From the human T2T-CHM13v2.0 reference genome, Homo sapiens, in NCBI RefSeq assembly GCF_009914755.1, contig NC_060925.1: a DNA stretch of 64,000 bases; one strand, written 5' to 3'. A program made the translations under genes and the position numbers. Shown here in pieces: positions 36,831-48,400 of the stretch. The notes beneath the pieces are model-generated. The model saw only the letters and a list, made by a program, of their open reading frames with translations. It searched no databases and was not told the origin of the DNA. Position 1 is the first letter of the stretch. The number at the start of each line of letters is the position of its first letter.

Positions 36831-38702
36831 TGTGCCCCCCTTTTAATGAGCCCCTGAAAATATCATCATGGAAAATTTAGGTGTAATCTAATCCCAAGTC
36901 ACAGTCAAAGTTTAAAGCTCACTGGGGGCAGAGACATTACCATTTTTATCTTTGAAGCTTCATAGCACCTTACACAGTGCCAGAGATACATTTCTGTTGA
37001 ATTAATGAGTGAATCAATTAGTAAATATGTGCAACCTCAGCTGTCTTGAACTCTTATTGAGACCTAGGGTGCCTAGGTGTCTCCATGTGATATGCAGGTG
37101 TTTTATGTGTGTGATGGCAGGTTTGGGGAATGGGATTGGGCAGGAGGAATGCAAGTTTACATGAGGGATTTAGGTCTGTTGCCAAACCTCCTGAATATCC
37201 AAGTTTGGTTATAATCTCGGCTACAACTGATTTTAAGGGACCCTTATGGAATATGAGAGCTCACCCTGAGCCAGCTAACAGTCAGGTGCCTGTTCTTGTC
37301 ACAGAACTTATGGTAAAAGAACAGATTAGGTAGATGGGTGGGAAGGTTAAGCAGGCAAGCAGAGTCCGTTTTGCTTTTTGTTTGGTTTTGGAAGGAGGGA
37401 AGAGGGATCTTTCTTCCCACAGGAAAAAGTTGCTTAAGAAATCTGTTCTTGGCATGATGTTCATGATTCTGCAGCTGCCCATGGGGCTCAGCAGACAGCC
37501 CTCTGCAGGTGAAGGAGAAGGAGTTTAATAAAGTTGTCACCACGGCTTCAGTATTTCTAGTTCAGAGAGAACCAGGAGCGGGTTCAAATTTAAATAGCCA
37601 CAAGGAGATAGTGAGATTGGAATATTAGGAGTTGTCTGAGGTGGCAAGGGGTTAAAACACCCACAGGTAACAGACTTAGAAAATGAGCTTTACTTCCCTT
37701 TAGAGTAGAGGGTTTCCTCTTATTTATGGGCATAGAATACTGATGGAAATTCTCTCAATTACAAAGACTCATTTGCCAGAAGGTGGCTTTGGTGACCTGA
37801 ACTAAAATTGTCCAGTAAGCCGGAACTGTACACCAGCAGCACCTGGGTGTGGCTGGGTAAAAGGCATGTCAGTGACATCATTTAGGACACACAAAAGAAC
37901 AGTTAGTGCCTCTGTGAATGCAAGGATCATGTCCCTCCTTACTCAGCAGCCTAGATTCCTGCTGATGGAGAAATACTGGAAGAAAAGTAATTATTCATAT
38001 ATATATTTATAAACACATACATATATGTGTATTTATTTATTTATAGCAGTTTTATAACATACTTTTGAGACAAGTTTTAAAACTTCAATTTGATAGCCAA
38101 ACCTTCTTTATTAACATTTGACTCTTCCCCAATGACCTGAGTTAGCACTCATCATTGTGTTCTTTATATACTGTGTTTATGGAAATGACACCATGTGAGA
38201 ATGAAATGCTGTAGGACCGGTAATCTCTGTCTTGTTACATGGGATTTATGGGACCAGCGGGGCAACCCTCATCACTGGCCTTGGGCCTGATGTCAACATT
38301 TTATACATTTTCCCTTCTTCCTTGTTAAGGAATTAAGAATTCATTTTGCCTTATATTATCTATTTATTTTCCTTCTGTAACATTTGTTAAATATTTTTTA
38401 AAATAGAAGAATACTACTTAAGTGCATATTTGTGATCTGGGCATGGGTCTGTGTGTGCACTTGTGTGTGCCTATGTACCTGTATCTCTATGTATGTCTGC
38501 ATGTCTGTGTGTCTGTGTGGTTGGGACTACTTGGGACCATACAAGGAACAAATCCCATTTCCAGACAACAACAGCCAAAAAAAGAAAAAAGAAAAAAAAA
38601 ATCATTTCCTCTAAACACCATCCTATCTAATGTGATCCTGAAGCAGGTTTGCATTCTTCAGGAAGCACAAAGGCAGTGACTACCTCCTGCTGTATACACT
38701 GC

Positions 38703-38720
38703 CCATATTTGGGAATTTCC
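38703..38720 (+). promoter_or_regulatory. Overlapping perfect CArG box (SRF) and NF-kB site
   Basis: CCATATTTGG (38703-38712) overlaps GGGAATTTCC (38711-38720) in unique sequence. Confidence 0.45.
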
Positions 38721-39369
38721 TAAACGTTCTCATCTAATAAATACCATTTATCTTCACAGACATTTTGCCTTCCCTGTCACTCATAAAACATCCTCGTTGC
38801 TACCAGCTTCTGCCTCTCTCAAAGGGCAATGACAGATCACTCAGTGTTCCTGAGCTTCTAGGTAAAGGTTTGTTTTCTGTTAGGGTTGAAGGTGTTTCGG
38901 GCTCAGTCTAGTGGGCCAGGACTAGGAATTGTTTAAAACATGCATCTTTATAGAATATCCTTCAAATTTAGTGTAGAGAGAGGCAGAAGAGACAGAGGAA
39001 TGCGGAGACCTGCCAGGATCTGCCGTCAAACTTCCTGCTTTGACAATCTTTGTAGAAACAAAAACAAACTTCCTGCTGTGGATAAGGTCGTGTTCTACTT
39101 TCTCAAAGAGCTTTCATATCTATTAATACGTTAATATAAAATGGCATTTTCAGCCCACCGTTTCTGCTTCTGTATATTGTTACCTTCTTGATATAGAAGA
39201 AGGAACAGAAATGCAGAAAATTTGAATGGCTGGCCCAGAAGCAATAATGGAGAGCAATGGCAGAGTGTGGATTCAGTCCCAGCCAAACACAGCACTACAA
39301 AGTGATGGCTAGGAGGAAGGCATCCAAAGGCTAGCACCCTCGGATGCCACGGGTGCCTTTTGCTGACTT

Positions 39370-39530
39370 GCGCATTAGTGGGGGGTCTCTAAGCCTCAGT
39401 TACTTCATAAGGAAAATCACTAATGAGGGTAGTTTTTACCTCATGGGAGTAGATGAAATAATTGAATGAGATAATGAATGTTGAGCCTTAAGCAGAGTCC
39501 TAGGTCCATAGTGGATTTATCATAATAGTT
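39370..39530 (+). mobile_element. MIR fragment
   Basis: 'tctctaagcctcagttacttcat...tacctcatgggagtagatgaaataattgaatgagataatgaatg'. Confidence 0.6.
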
Positions 39531-40044
39531 GATGTTTTATGCTCATATTTTATATTTTATTATCAAAAGGGACCTTTGAAAGTTTCACATTGTCCCGGGC
39601 ACAACATGGTTCATTTTGGTAAAATGTGTAGAATTTGCAGATTACCCAAGAGAAACTGAAAGGTAATTTTTTTCTATGATAAATAAGCTAAGTGTAAGGT
39701 TTTTATGAGCTAAAAATTTTTAATAAAAAGGAAACAGAAAAATCACCAAATCAATTGTTACTTAAGGCAATAAAAAATTAAAGAAATATCTTTAATTATA
39801 TTCATAAGCTTGTAAATTCTAAAGGTTATTGGGGTCTCGCCTTCCTTGTATACCCTTACAAAATTAACTAATCCTGGTTGTGTTCTATATTCCAAACAGT
39901 GATAAACCAAGCATTTTTCTTTGCTTTCATGAAATCTTCTGCCACTCTATTGCATGAAACATTTTTACCTTAAAATTTGGTATAACCCACTTCAGGGGAG
40001 CCCTAAGGATCTTTCCAGGTAAATAAAGACCAAAATAATCTAGA

Positions 40045-40672
40045 CTTAGATTAGGCAGCAGTTATCTTTTGCTATACAACCAACCACTCAAAACTTAGAG
40101 GCTTAAAAACATAACTATTTATTTAATGCATGATTCTGATAGGTAGTTCTTCTGGCTTGGGCTGGGGTGGGTTCAGTTAATCTCAGCTAGGGTTGCCACA
40201 TTATACTCAAAATGGTGATCTATTAACCTGCCTCAACTCTTATAATGCCCAAGAGACACAAATTAAAATCTGGCTAAATGTTTTTGAATGAGTTAATGAA
40301 TAAATAAATGAAGTTATTTGCACTTGGTTCTTTTTGAACATTTTGTGGCACAGGACTGTCTTCTAGAGAGTTGCAAAACAATTTATTTTTCCCAGCAACT
40401 TCCCAACTCTCCTCATCTTTGAAGTTGATCCAGTACAGTCTGCCCCTTAGTTAAACATATATCCAGACCTGCCTTCCCTGAGTGATATACCAAGTAAATC
40501 ACATTACTTTTCCCAAATCATCCCTTCCTTCTTCCCTCTGAAAACTCCCATTCTTGCAATGCCCTGAGAAAAAGAGAATCTTCCCCTCTTGATGGGAGAA
40601 ACTACAAGGTCACATCGCAAGGACATGTATACTGGGAGAGGAAGAAATTGTGGCCATGTTTGTAATCAACCC
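40045..40672 (-). mobile_element. MaLR LTR (MLT1G/H-like) with its middle replaced by a duplicated segment
   Basis: Both LTR ends are present ('caaccactcaaaacttagaggcttaaaaaca' and 'cctcttgatgggagaaactacaaggtcacatcgcaagg...tggccatgtttgtaatc'). Confidence 0.75.
40193..40578 (+). repeat. ~390-bp diverged direct repeat of 41986-42377
   Basis: Collinear anchors: ttgccacattat, ggtgatctatta, aaatgttttt(t)gaatga, gaagtta, caagtaaatca, cccaaatcatccct, aaaactcc. Confidence 0.85.
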
Positions 40673-41439
40673 TGGGCCATAATTGATGGATTCTAAAGTA
40701 TACCATGCCACCCCTGATCACTAGGTAGCACAGAAATATTGCTACACAAAAGAGAACAGGGCATCTCTTTCTAATACTCATTCTTTCTATTTAAAAAAAA
40801 ATGCTCCTGGATGTCAGCAATTCTCAACCTAAAATAGATGCCTCAGCTCTAGTCAAACAGCCTTTAAGCTCTTAAGAATGCATTCATCACAGACTGCAGA
40901 AGTGACAGACAGACTCCAAAGAGGAAATCCCAAGACCAAAATATCATCTGTCACTTCCGACAGAGGATGGCATGTGTGGCTAGGAGAGGGAATATAAGCT
41001 GGAGAGGATGACCCTGTGGAGAAGGCTGCTTTCGGTCACCATTGACTGCTCTGGGAGGCTAGGGGGAGGAAGGTATGCCAAGGAATCCAGGCCTTGCAAA
41101 GACTGAGAAATTGGAGACCTCCATGCTGTGAAAGTCTGATTTAAATGAGCTCAATTTCTTAAAGCAAATAATGGCCTGAGCATGACTGAGGTTGGGATTG
41201 GTTCTCTATTTACCTGAATGGAGCTGCAGATGATGCTAGGTTTCCCCTCCCAGAAGCTGAAAGTAGCTGGACCAGTAGCAGATACCTACCCTCCCAGTGA
41301 GGTAAAGAAACAGTTAAGTAAAAGTAGCAAGTTACTAAACCCAAATTATCCATACATTTTCGTTTCTGGGAGTCATTCTGACTTGTCACACTTATTATAC
41401 TCAGTCACAGAGCTTCGTATTTTCAACTTCTGCAGGTTC

Positions 41440-42140
41440 TATTAGCTCTCCCACTGCTTCCCATCCTGCTGGCCAGGATGCCTTAGTTCATGCCCTTACT
41501 GCTATTGCTTGGGCTCTGACTAAGCTTCCTGCCTCCAGGCGAACTCCTCCTATCAATTCTGCCCTCTTTCTAAAATGTCATTCTGGCCGTGTCACTGTGA
41601 CCCTGTTTTCAGATTTCACAAAGCTTTCAGGATCAAGTTCAGAAGTTTTGGCTATACCATCCCTTATTGCTCTGTTATCCCCACCTCTGCACACACCTCT
41701 CCTCCCGCCTACCCCCACCACCCATCACACACCTTCAAAGCAGTCATTTGAAACTACTTGTTCCTTAAAATATGACAGGCACTTTAGGCTTCCAAGTCTT
41801 TGCACATATTGTTCCCTCTTCCAGGAAAATGCTCTCTCCACCCCCACATCATCTAAGACTTACTCATCCTTCTAAATTCAGCTCAAGCATCACCTCTTCC
41901 AAGAAACCTTTCTCGAGCTTCCTAATCCAATATAGATGCTCCTCCTCTGTGCTCCTCTAGTAGTCTTGCTACCTCAATCACAGCTTTGCCACATTATGCT
42001 GAAATGGGTGATCTATTAGGCTGTCTCTGCTACCACTTTGTGAGACTGTTTTATTCAACCCTCCCAGTGTTGAGCATGAAGCGAAAGCTGGTTAAATGTT
42101 TTTTGAATGAATGGATGGATAGATGAATGAATGAGTGAAG
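41440..42140 (+). mobile_element. L2 LINE 3' portion
   Basis: 'tactcatccttctaaattcagctcaagcatcacctcttccaagaaacctttc' and (TGAA/TGGA)n tail. Confidence 0.8.
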
Positions 42141-42498
42141 TTACCTGCATTTGGCACTTTTTGGACACCATGTGGCCCAGAGCTTTCTCTTGGAATGCTA
42201 CAAGGTGATTAATTTATTGTCACCAGCGATTTTCTACCTTCCCTGTCTGTTGGTTTATCCCAGTATCTCCCAGTTAGACACATGGCCAGATCTGCCTTTG
42301 ACAAGTAAATCATGTAACTTCTCCCAAATCATCCCTCCCTTTTTTCCCTTTAAAACTCCTGTCCTGAAAGAAAGAGATAAAATTAGCAGATATATTTATA
42401 ATGAAGTAAAGACAGCTGAAAAGAGTAATCCCTTACAATTATATAGTAGCTTTAAACTCTCACCTTCATTACTTTAATCTTTCTAACAATCACCATAG

Positions 42499-42943
<445 letters not shown>

Positions 42944-43867
42944 TCCATTTTATTTTTCAAAAGATTGTGCTTGGATGGATAAGAAAAACCTTCAACCTAA
43001 AAGAAAAGCATTACTAATCATGAAGATAGATCATAGGCAAAAGGACCTCTCTAGACCCACCAAATAACAATGCCATGTACACCTATGGCTGACCAGGGTA
43101 AGATGGAAATACAGTCTAGGTTCTGTGATTCCATATTTAGTGAGTTATTCTATAAGCAGTATTCATGGAATAAGACATGTTGGAAATTCTTTGTCAAACC
43201 ACATTATATGTTGACCAGGATCTTGACTGATGCCCTGAGGTCCATGACCTGCTCATCAAAAACAGCTTCTCTTCACAAGATTTCCCACTGAGCCTGCATC
43301 TAAGTCCGTGATACAGTGGCCTGTCCTACAGATATTCTGGGAGGCTGCCTTGACTTTCAGGGCAAGAATATGTGCAGCAAGAACCAGGGGCTCTATTGTA
43401 AAGGAGAAAAGAAACAGGACAAGATAGCTAAAAACTCAAAGAAAAAGAGTTTCAGACTAGCCATTTTCCCTGCCCCAAAGATAAATGGTTATATAGGTTA
43501 TCTTCCACATCTACCAAAAGACTGTAAACTCCTTGAGGGAAAAAATGTGATGGATCCCTTTCTTAGCCAGCCTGTACCACATTGCTCCCACTATGCCCTA
43601 CCACCGCTGCCAGCATCTGTGGCTGCACTCAGTGTTTATAATCATTTACTTATTCATTGCCTCCCTCCCCGCATCCCATTTCATTCTGAAAAGGAATTTA
43701 GGCCATTCATATGAATGATTTTTCTAAAAGCTGAGGTGGGATTATCTTTTCATTCTGGGATCTGGTAAGTGAGTAGCACATCCCTGAAGAAGGTCGTGGT
43801 TACTTCTAATCGGTTTTGTGTGTTTTTTTTGTTCATGTGTTTGTTTGCTTATAATTTCCCTAGACCC

Positions 43868-44379
43868 TGTGGTAGATTAGGTTCTCAGGAAAGCAAACTT
43901 TGAGACTGAGTTCAGTGTACAGAATGTTTATTAGGAAGTGCCCTTGGCAGTTCTTCCAAAAGCTAAACTTAAAGTGACTTTATGATCCAGACATTCCACT
44001 CTTAGGTCAAAGTCCTAATAGCACCAGTTTAAAGGAGGGAAGCACACATGACTGGGTAGAGGAAGAAATTGAGCTATGCTGGTGGCCTGGCAACAGCCTC
44101 AGCCTACACTACAGGGCGCTGTGCAGCTAAAAGTGACACATGAGAGTTTTCTCACATTGGGATGAAATGGCTGAGCCTTTAGATTATTTCTTCTATCAAT
44201 TGCTGCAGGTAGACTGACTCAGAAACGGCACTACCTTGACCAAGGTGTCTTTGTGCAGCTCAGGCAACCCTGAACAGACTGACAGATCAAGGCTATTCTG
44301 CTCGCAGTACTCACCACGCTTAGCGGATCAAGTCACTCCTCAAAGGAAAGCTGAAGGGCACATAACGATGTCTAGTATA
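43868..44379 (-). mobile_element. ERVL 3' LTR (LTR16C-like)
   Basis: 'ggttctcaggaaagcaaactttgagactgag...tttattaggaagtgcccttgg', 'cagctcaggcaaccctgaacagactgacag'; adjoins PPT-side internal sequence. Confidence 0.7.
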
Positions 44380-44495
44380 GTCCCCCAGCCTTGTATCGCT
44401 TGGGTCAGCTTTCACATAGGCCTTTGTGGCACAGCTTCTCCGGGATTTCAGTAGGCCTCTCTTCCTGTGAGAAGCTTAGAAGGGAAGTTTGGTGG

Positions 44496-44607
44496 CAGGT
44501 CCCGGACTAGGGTGAAGCACATGGAACAACTATGGCACAAAATTTAAGGAGGTGCTTGCATGAGAATAAATGCCTCCTTAAATTCTGCACCGTGGGTGCC
44601 TCACTCT
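44496..44607. mobile_element. MER91-like hAT MITE (a second right-end piece lies at 48465-48542)
   Basis: 'ggactagggtgaagca', internal inverted 'aaaatttaaggagg...gcctccttaaattctgcacc'; terminus 'tcactctagtcctggccc' at ~48525-48541. Confidence 0.6.
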
Positions 44608-44614
44608 TTTACAT

Positions 44615-47600
44615 TTTGGACAGCTTTACTGACTTATTTACATACTGTAAAATCCAGCCTTTAAATGTGTATGGCCCAGTGGTTTTCAGTTTTGTGTGTT
44701 TCGTTTTTAGTTTTGGTGTGGACATTATGTTTTTATTTTTCTTTGACCTAAGAGTGGAATGTCTGGATTGTAAAGTCACTCTAAATTTAACTTTTTGAAG
44801 AACGACCATTTTACATTCCCCAAAACAATGTACAAGTGATTTGATTTTTCCATGTCCCTGTCAACCTCCTTATTGTCTTTTTATTATAATAATTATTATA
44901 GCCATCCTACAGGGTATAAAGTGGTATCTATTCATGATTTTGATTCGGTATTTTCCTAATGACTAATTGATGTCAAGCATCATTTCATGTGCTTACTGGC
45001 CACTTGTTTGTCTTTGGAGAAATTTCAGTTCAAATCCTTTTTTCATTGTTTAATCGTGTTGTCTTTTTATTGTTGAATTGCAAACGTTCTTTATATATTC
45101 TGGGCACTACATCCTTATCAGATATATGATTTGCAAATATTTTCTCCCATTCTACGAGTTGCCTTTTCACTTTCTTTATGGTGTTCTTTGAAGCACAAAA
45201 ATTTATTTTGATGAAATCTATCTATTTTTTTCTTTTGTAGCTTTTGTTTTGGTGTTATATTTAAGGAACCATTGTCCAATCCATGATCATAATGATTTAC
45301 ACCTATGTTTTGTTCTAAGAGTTTTAGAGTTTTAGCTCTTGCATTTAGATATCTCCTTGATTTTGAGATAACTTTTGTATCAGAGTAATGCCAGCTCCAC
45401 AGAATGAGTTGATTGGTGTTCCCTCCTCTTCTATTTGTGTTTTGAAAGAGTTCGTGAAGGTTTGGTATTAATTCTTCTTTTACACATTTGTTAGAATTCA
45501 CTAGTAAAGCCATGTGAGTCTGAGCTTTTATTGTGGGCATTTTGTTTAAAACAAATTCAATCTGTTTACTGGTTTTAGGTCTATTGATATTTTCTATTTC
45601 TTGAGTTAGTTTCAGTAGTGTGTATCTTTCTAGGAATTTATCCATTTCATCTAGGTTATTTAATTCGGTTGTGTACAATTGTTCATACTATCCTTTTTAG
45701 TTCTGTGAAGTTGGTAGTGATATCCTCTGTATCATTCTTGATTTTAGTAATTCAAGTCTTCTCCCTTTTGCACTTGGTCATTCTAGATAAAGATTTGTTA
45801 GTGTTGTTAATCTTTTACAAAAAATCAACTTTCTTTGTTTTAACTTTTATTTTAGGTTCAGGGGTACATGTGCAGGTTTATATACGTAAACTGCATATCA
45901 TGGGGGTTTAGCGTAGAGATAATTTTATCACCCAGGTAATAAGCATAGTACCCAATAGGCATTCTTCCTGATCATCTTCCTCCTTCCACACTCCACCCTA
46001 AAGTAGGCCCAGTGTCTGTTGTTTCTCTCCTAGTATCCATGTGTTCTCATTGTTTAGCTTCCACCATTAAGTGACAACATGTGGTATTTGTTTTTCTGTT
46101 CCTGCATCAGTTTGCTTAGGATAATGGCCTCTAGCTCTATCTATGTTGCTGCAAAGGACGTGATCTCATTCTTTTTTATGTCTGCATAGTATTCCATGGT
46201 GTATATGTACCACATTTTCTTGATCCAGTCTATGCCTGATGGACATTTAGGTTGATTCCATGTCTTTGCTGTTGTGAATAGTACTGCAATAAACATACAC
46301 ATGTATCTGTCTTTATGGTAGAACAATTTATAGTTCTTTGAGTATATGCCCAGTAATAGGATTGCTGGGTTGAATAGTAATTCTGTTCTTTGAGGAATTG
46401 CCACACTGCTTTCTGCAATGCCTGAACTAATTTACACTCCCACCAGCAGTATATAAGCTTCCATTTTCTTCACAACCTTGCCAGCATCTGTTATTTTTTA
46501 CTTTTTAATATAGCCATTCTGACTGCTGTGAGATGGTATCTCACTGTGGTTTGGATTTGCATTTCTCTATTGATTAGTGATGTTGAGCATTATTTCATAT
46601 GCTTGTTGGCCACATATATGTCTTCTTTTGAAAAGTGTCTGTTCTTGTCCTCTGCCCAGTTTATAATGAGATTGTTTTTTTCTCGTAAATGTGCTTAAGT
46701 TCCTTATAGATCTGGATATTAGACCTCTGTTGGATGCACAGTTTGTGACTATTTTCTCCCATTCTGTAGATTGTCTGATTACTCTGTTGATACATTCTTT
46801 TGCTATGCAGAAGCTCTTTAGTTTAATTATGTCCCATTTGTCAATTTTTGTTTGTGTTGCAATTGCTTTTGGCGTCTTCATCGTGAAATCTTTGCCAAGT
46901 CCTATGTCCAAAATAATATTTCCTAGGTTATCTCCCAGGCTTTTCATAGATTTATGTTTTACGTTTAAGTCATTAATCCACCTTGAGTTGATTTTTTTAT
47001 GTAGTGTAAGGAAGGATTTGAGTTTCAGTCTTCTGCATCTGGCCACCCAGCTATCCCAGCACCATTTATTGAGTGGCGAATCCTTTCCCCACTGCTTCTT
47101 TTCGTCAGCTTTGTAAAAGGTCAGATTGTTGTAGGTGTGCGGCCTTATTTCTGGGTTCTCTTTTCTGTTCCGTTGGTCTATGTGTCTGTTTTTGTATCAG
47201 TACCATGCTGTTTTTGTTACTGTAGACCTGTTGTATAGTTTGAAGTCGGTAATGTAGTGCTTCCTGCTTTGTTCTTTTTGCTTAGGCTTGCTTTGGCTAT
47301 TCAGGCTGTTTTTCAGTTCCATATGAATTTTAATATAGTTTTTTCTATTTGTATGAAGAATATTATTGGTAGTTTGATAGGAATAGCCTTGAATCTATAA
47401 ATTGCTTTTGGGAATATGGCTATTTTAACTATATTGATTCTTTCTATCCATGAGCATGGAAGGAGTTTCCATTTGTATGTGTCATCTCTGATTTTTTGGA
47501 GCAGTGTTTTATAATTCTCATTGCAGAGATCTTTCACCTCCCTTGTTAGCTATATTCCTAGATATTTTATTCTTCTTGTGGCAGTTGTGACTGGATTGCA

Positions 47601-48400
47601 ATCCTGATTTGGCTCTCCAGCTTTCTATTTTATTGATTTTTCTGTATTGATTTTCTATTCTCTATTTTATTTATTTCTACTCTTGTCTTTTTTATTTCAT
47701 TTCCTTTCTTCTGTGTGCTTTGGGTTTAGTCTGCTCTTCTTTTCTAAGTTTTTAAGGTGGGAAGTTAGGTTACTGGATTTGAGGTCTTTCTTTTTTTTTT
47801 TAAGAAAAAAATGGGCATTTACACTATAAATTTCCCTCTAATTCCTGTTTTAGCTGTATGTCATAAGTTTCAGTATGTTGTGTTCCTGTCTTTATTTATC
47901 TCAAAGTATTTTTTAATTTCCTTAGCTTGACTCATTGGTTGTTTGAGAGTGTGTTTAATTTATGTATATTTTTTAATATCCCCAAATTTCTTCTGTTACT
48001 GATTCTAATTTTATTATAGTTGGAGAACATAATTTATTGGATTTCCATATTTTTTAATTTATTGAAGCTTGTTTTATGGCCTAACATATGATATATTCTG
48101 AAGAATGTTTGGTGGGTACTTTAGAGGACTGCGTATTATACTGTTGTTAAGTGAAGTATTCCACAGATGTCAGATCTTGTTGGAATACTACCTTGTTCAT
48201 GTCTTCTGTTTCTTTGTTAACCTTGTGCCTAATTGTTCTATTATTTAAAATGAGGTATTAAAGTCTCAAACTATTATTGTCGAATTATCTGTTTCTCCTT
48301 TCAATCCTATCAGTTGTTATGTCATGTATTTTGGAACTCTGTTGTTCGGTTCATATATGCTTAAAACTTTTGTTATGCTCCTATATGTTATAAATGTTTT
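44615..48400 (-). mobile_element. Old L1M (L1MB/MC-like) with internal deletions, interrupted by an L1PA element
   Basis: ORF 45118..45678 resembles L1 ORF2 (LNNLDEMDKFLERYTLLKLTQEIENINRP); endonuclease-region remnant (LSIYEPNNRVPKYM) near 48320-48360. Confidence 0.8.
45830..47617 (-). mobile_element. 5'-truncated L1PA (L1PA13-16-like)
   Basis: 3'UTR 'ttttattttaggttcaggggtacatgtgcaggtt...cacccaggtaataagcatagtacccaatagg'; ORF2 remnants 46141..46404, 46567..47046 and 47313..47537; approximate TSD caactttct/cagctttct. Confidence 0.88.

Noticed and set aside
45118-47537. ORFs of 74-186 aa with L1 ORF2 similarity
   Set aside because: Fragmented, frameshifted retrotransposon remnants, not host CDS.
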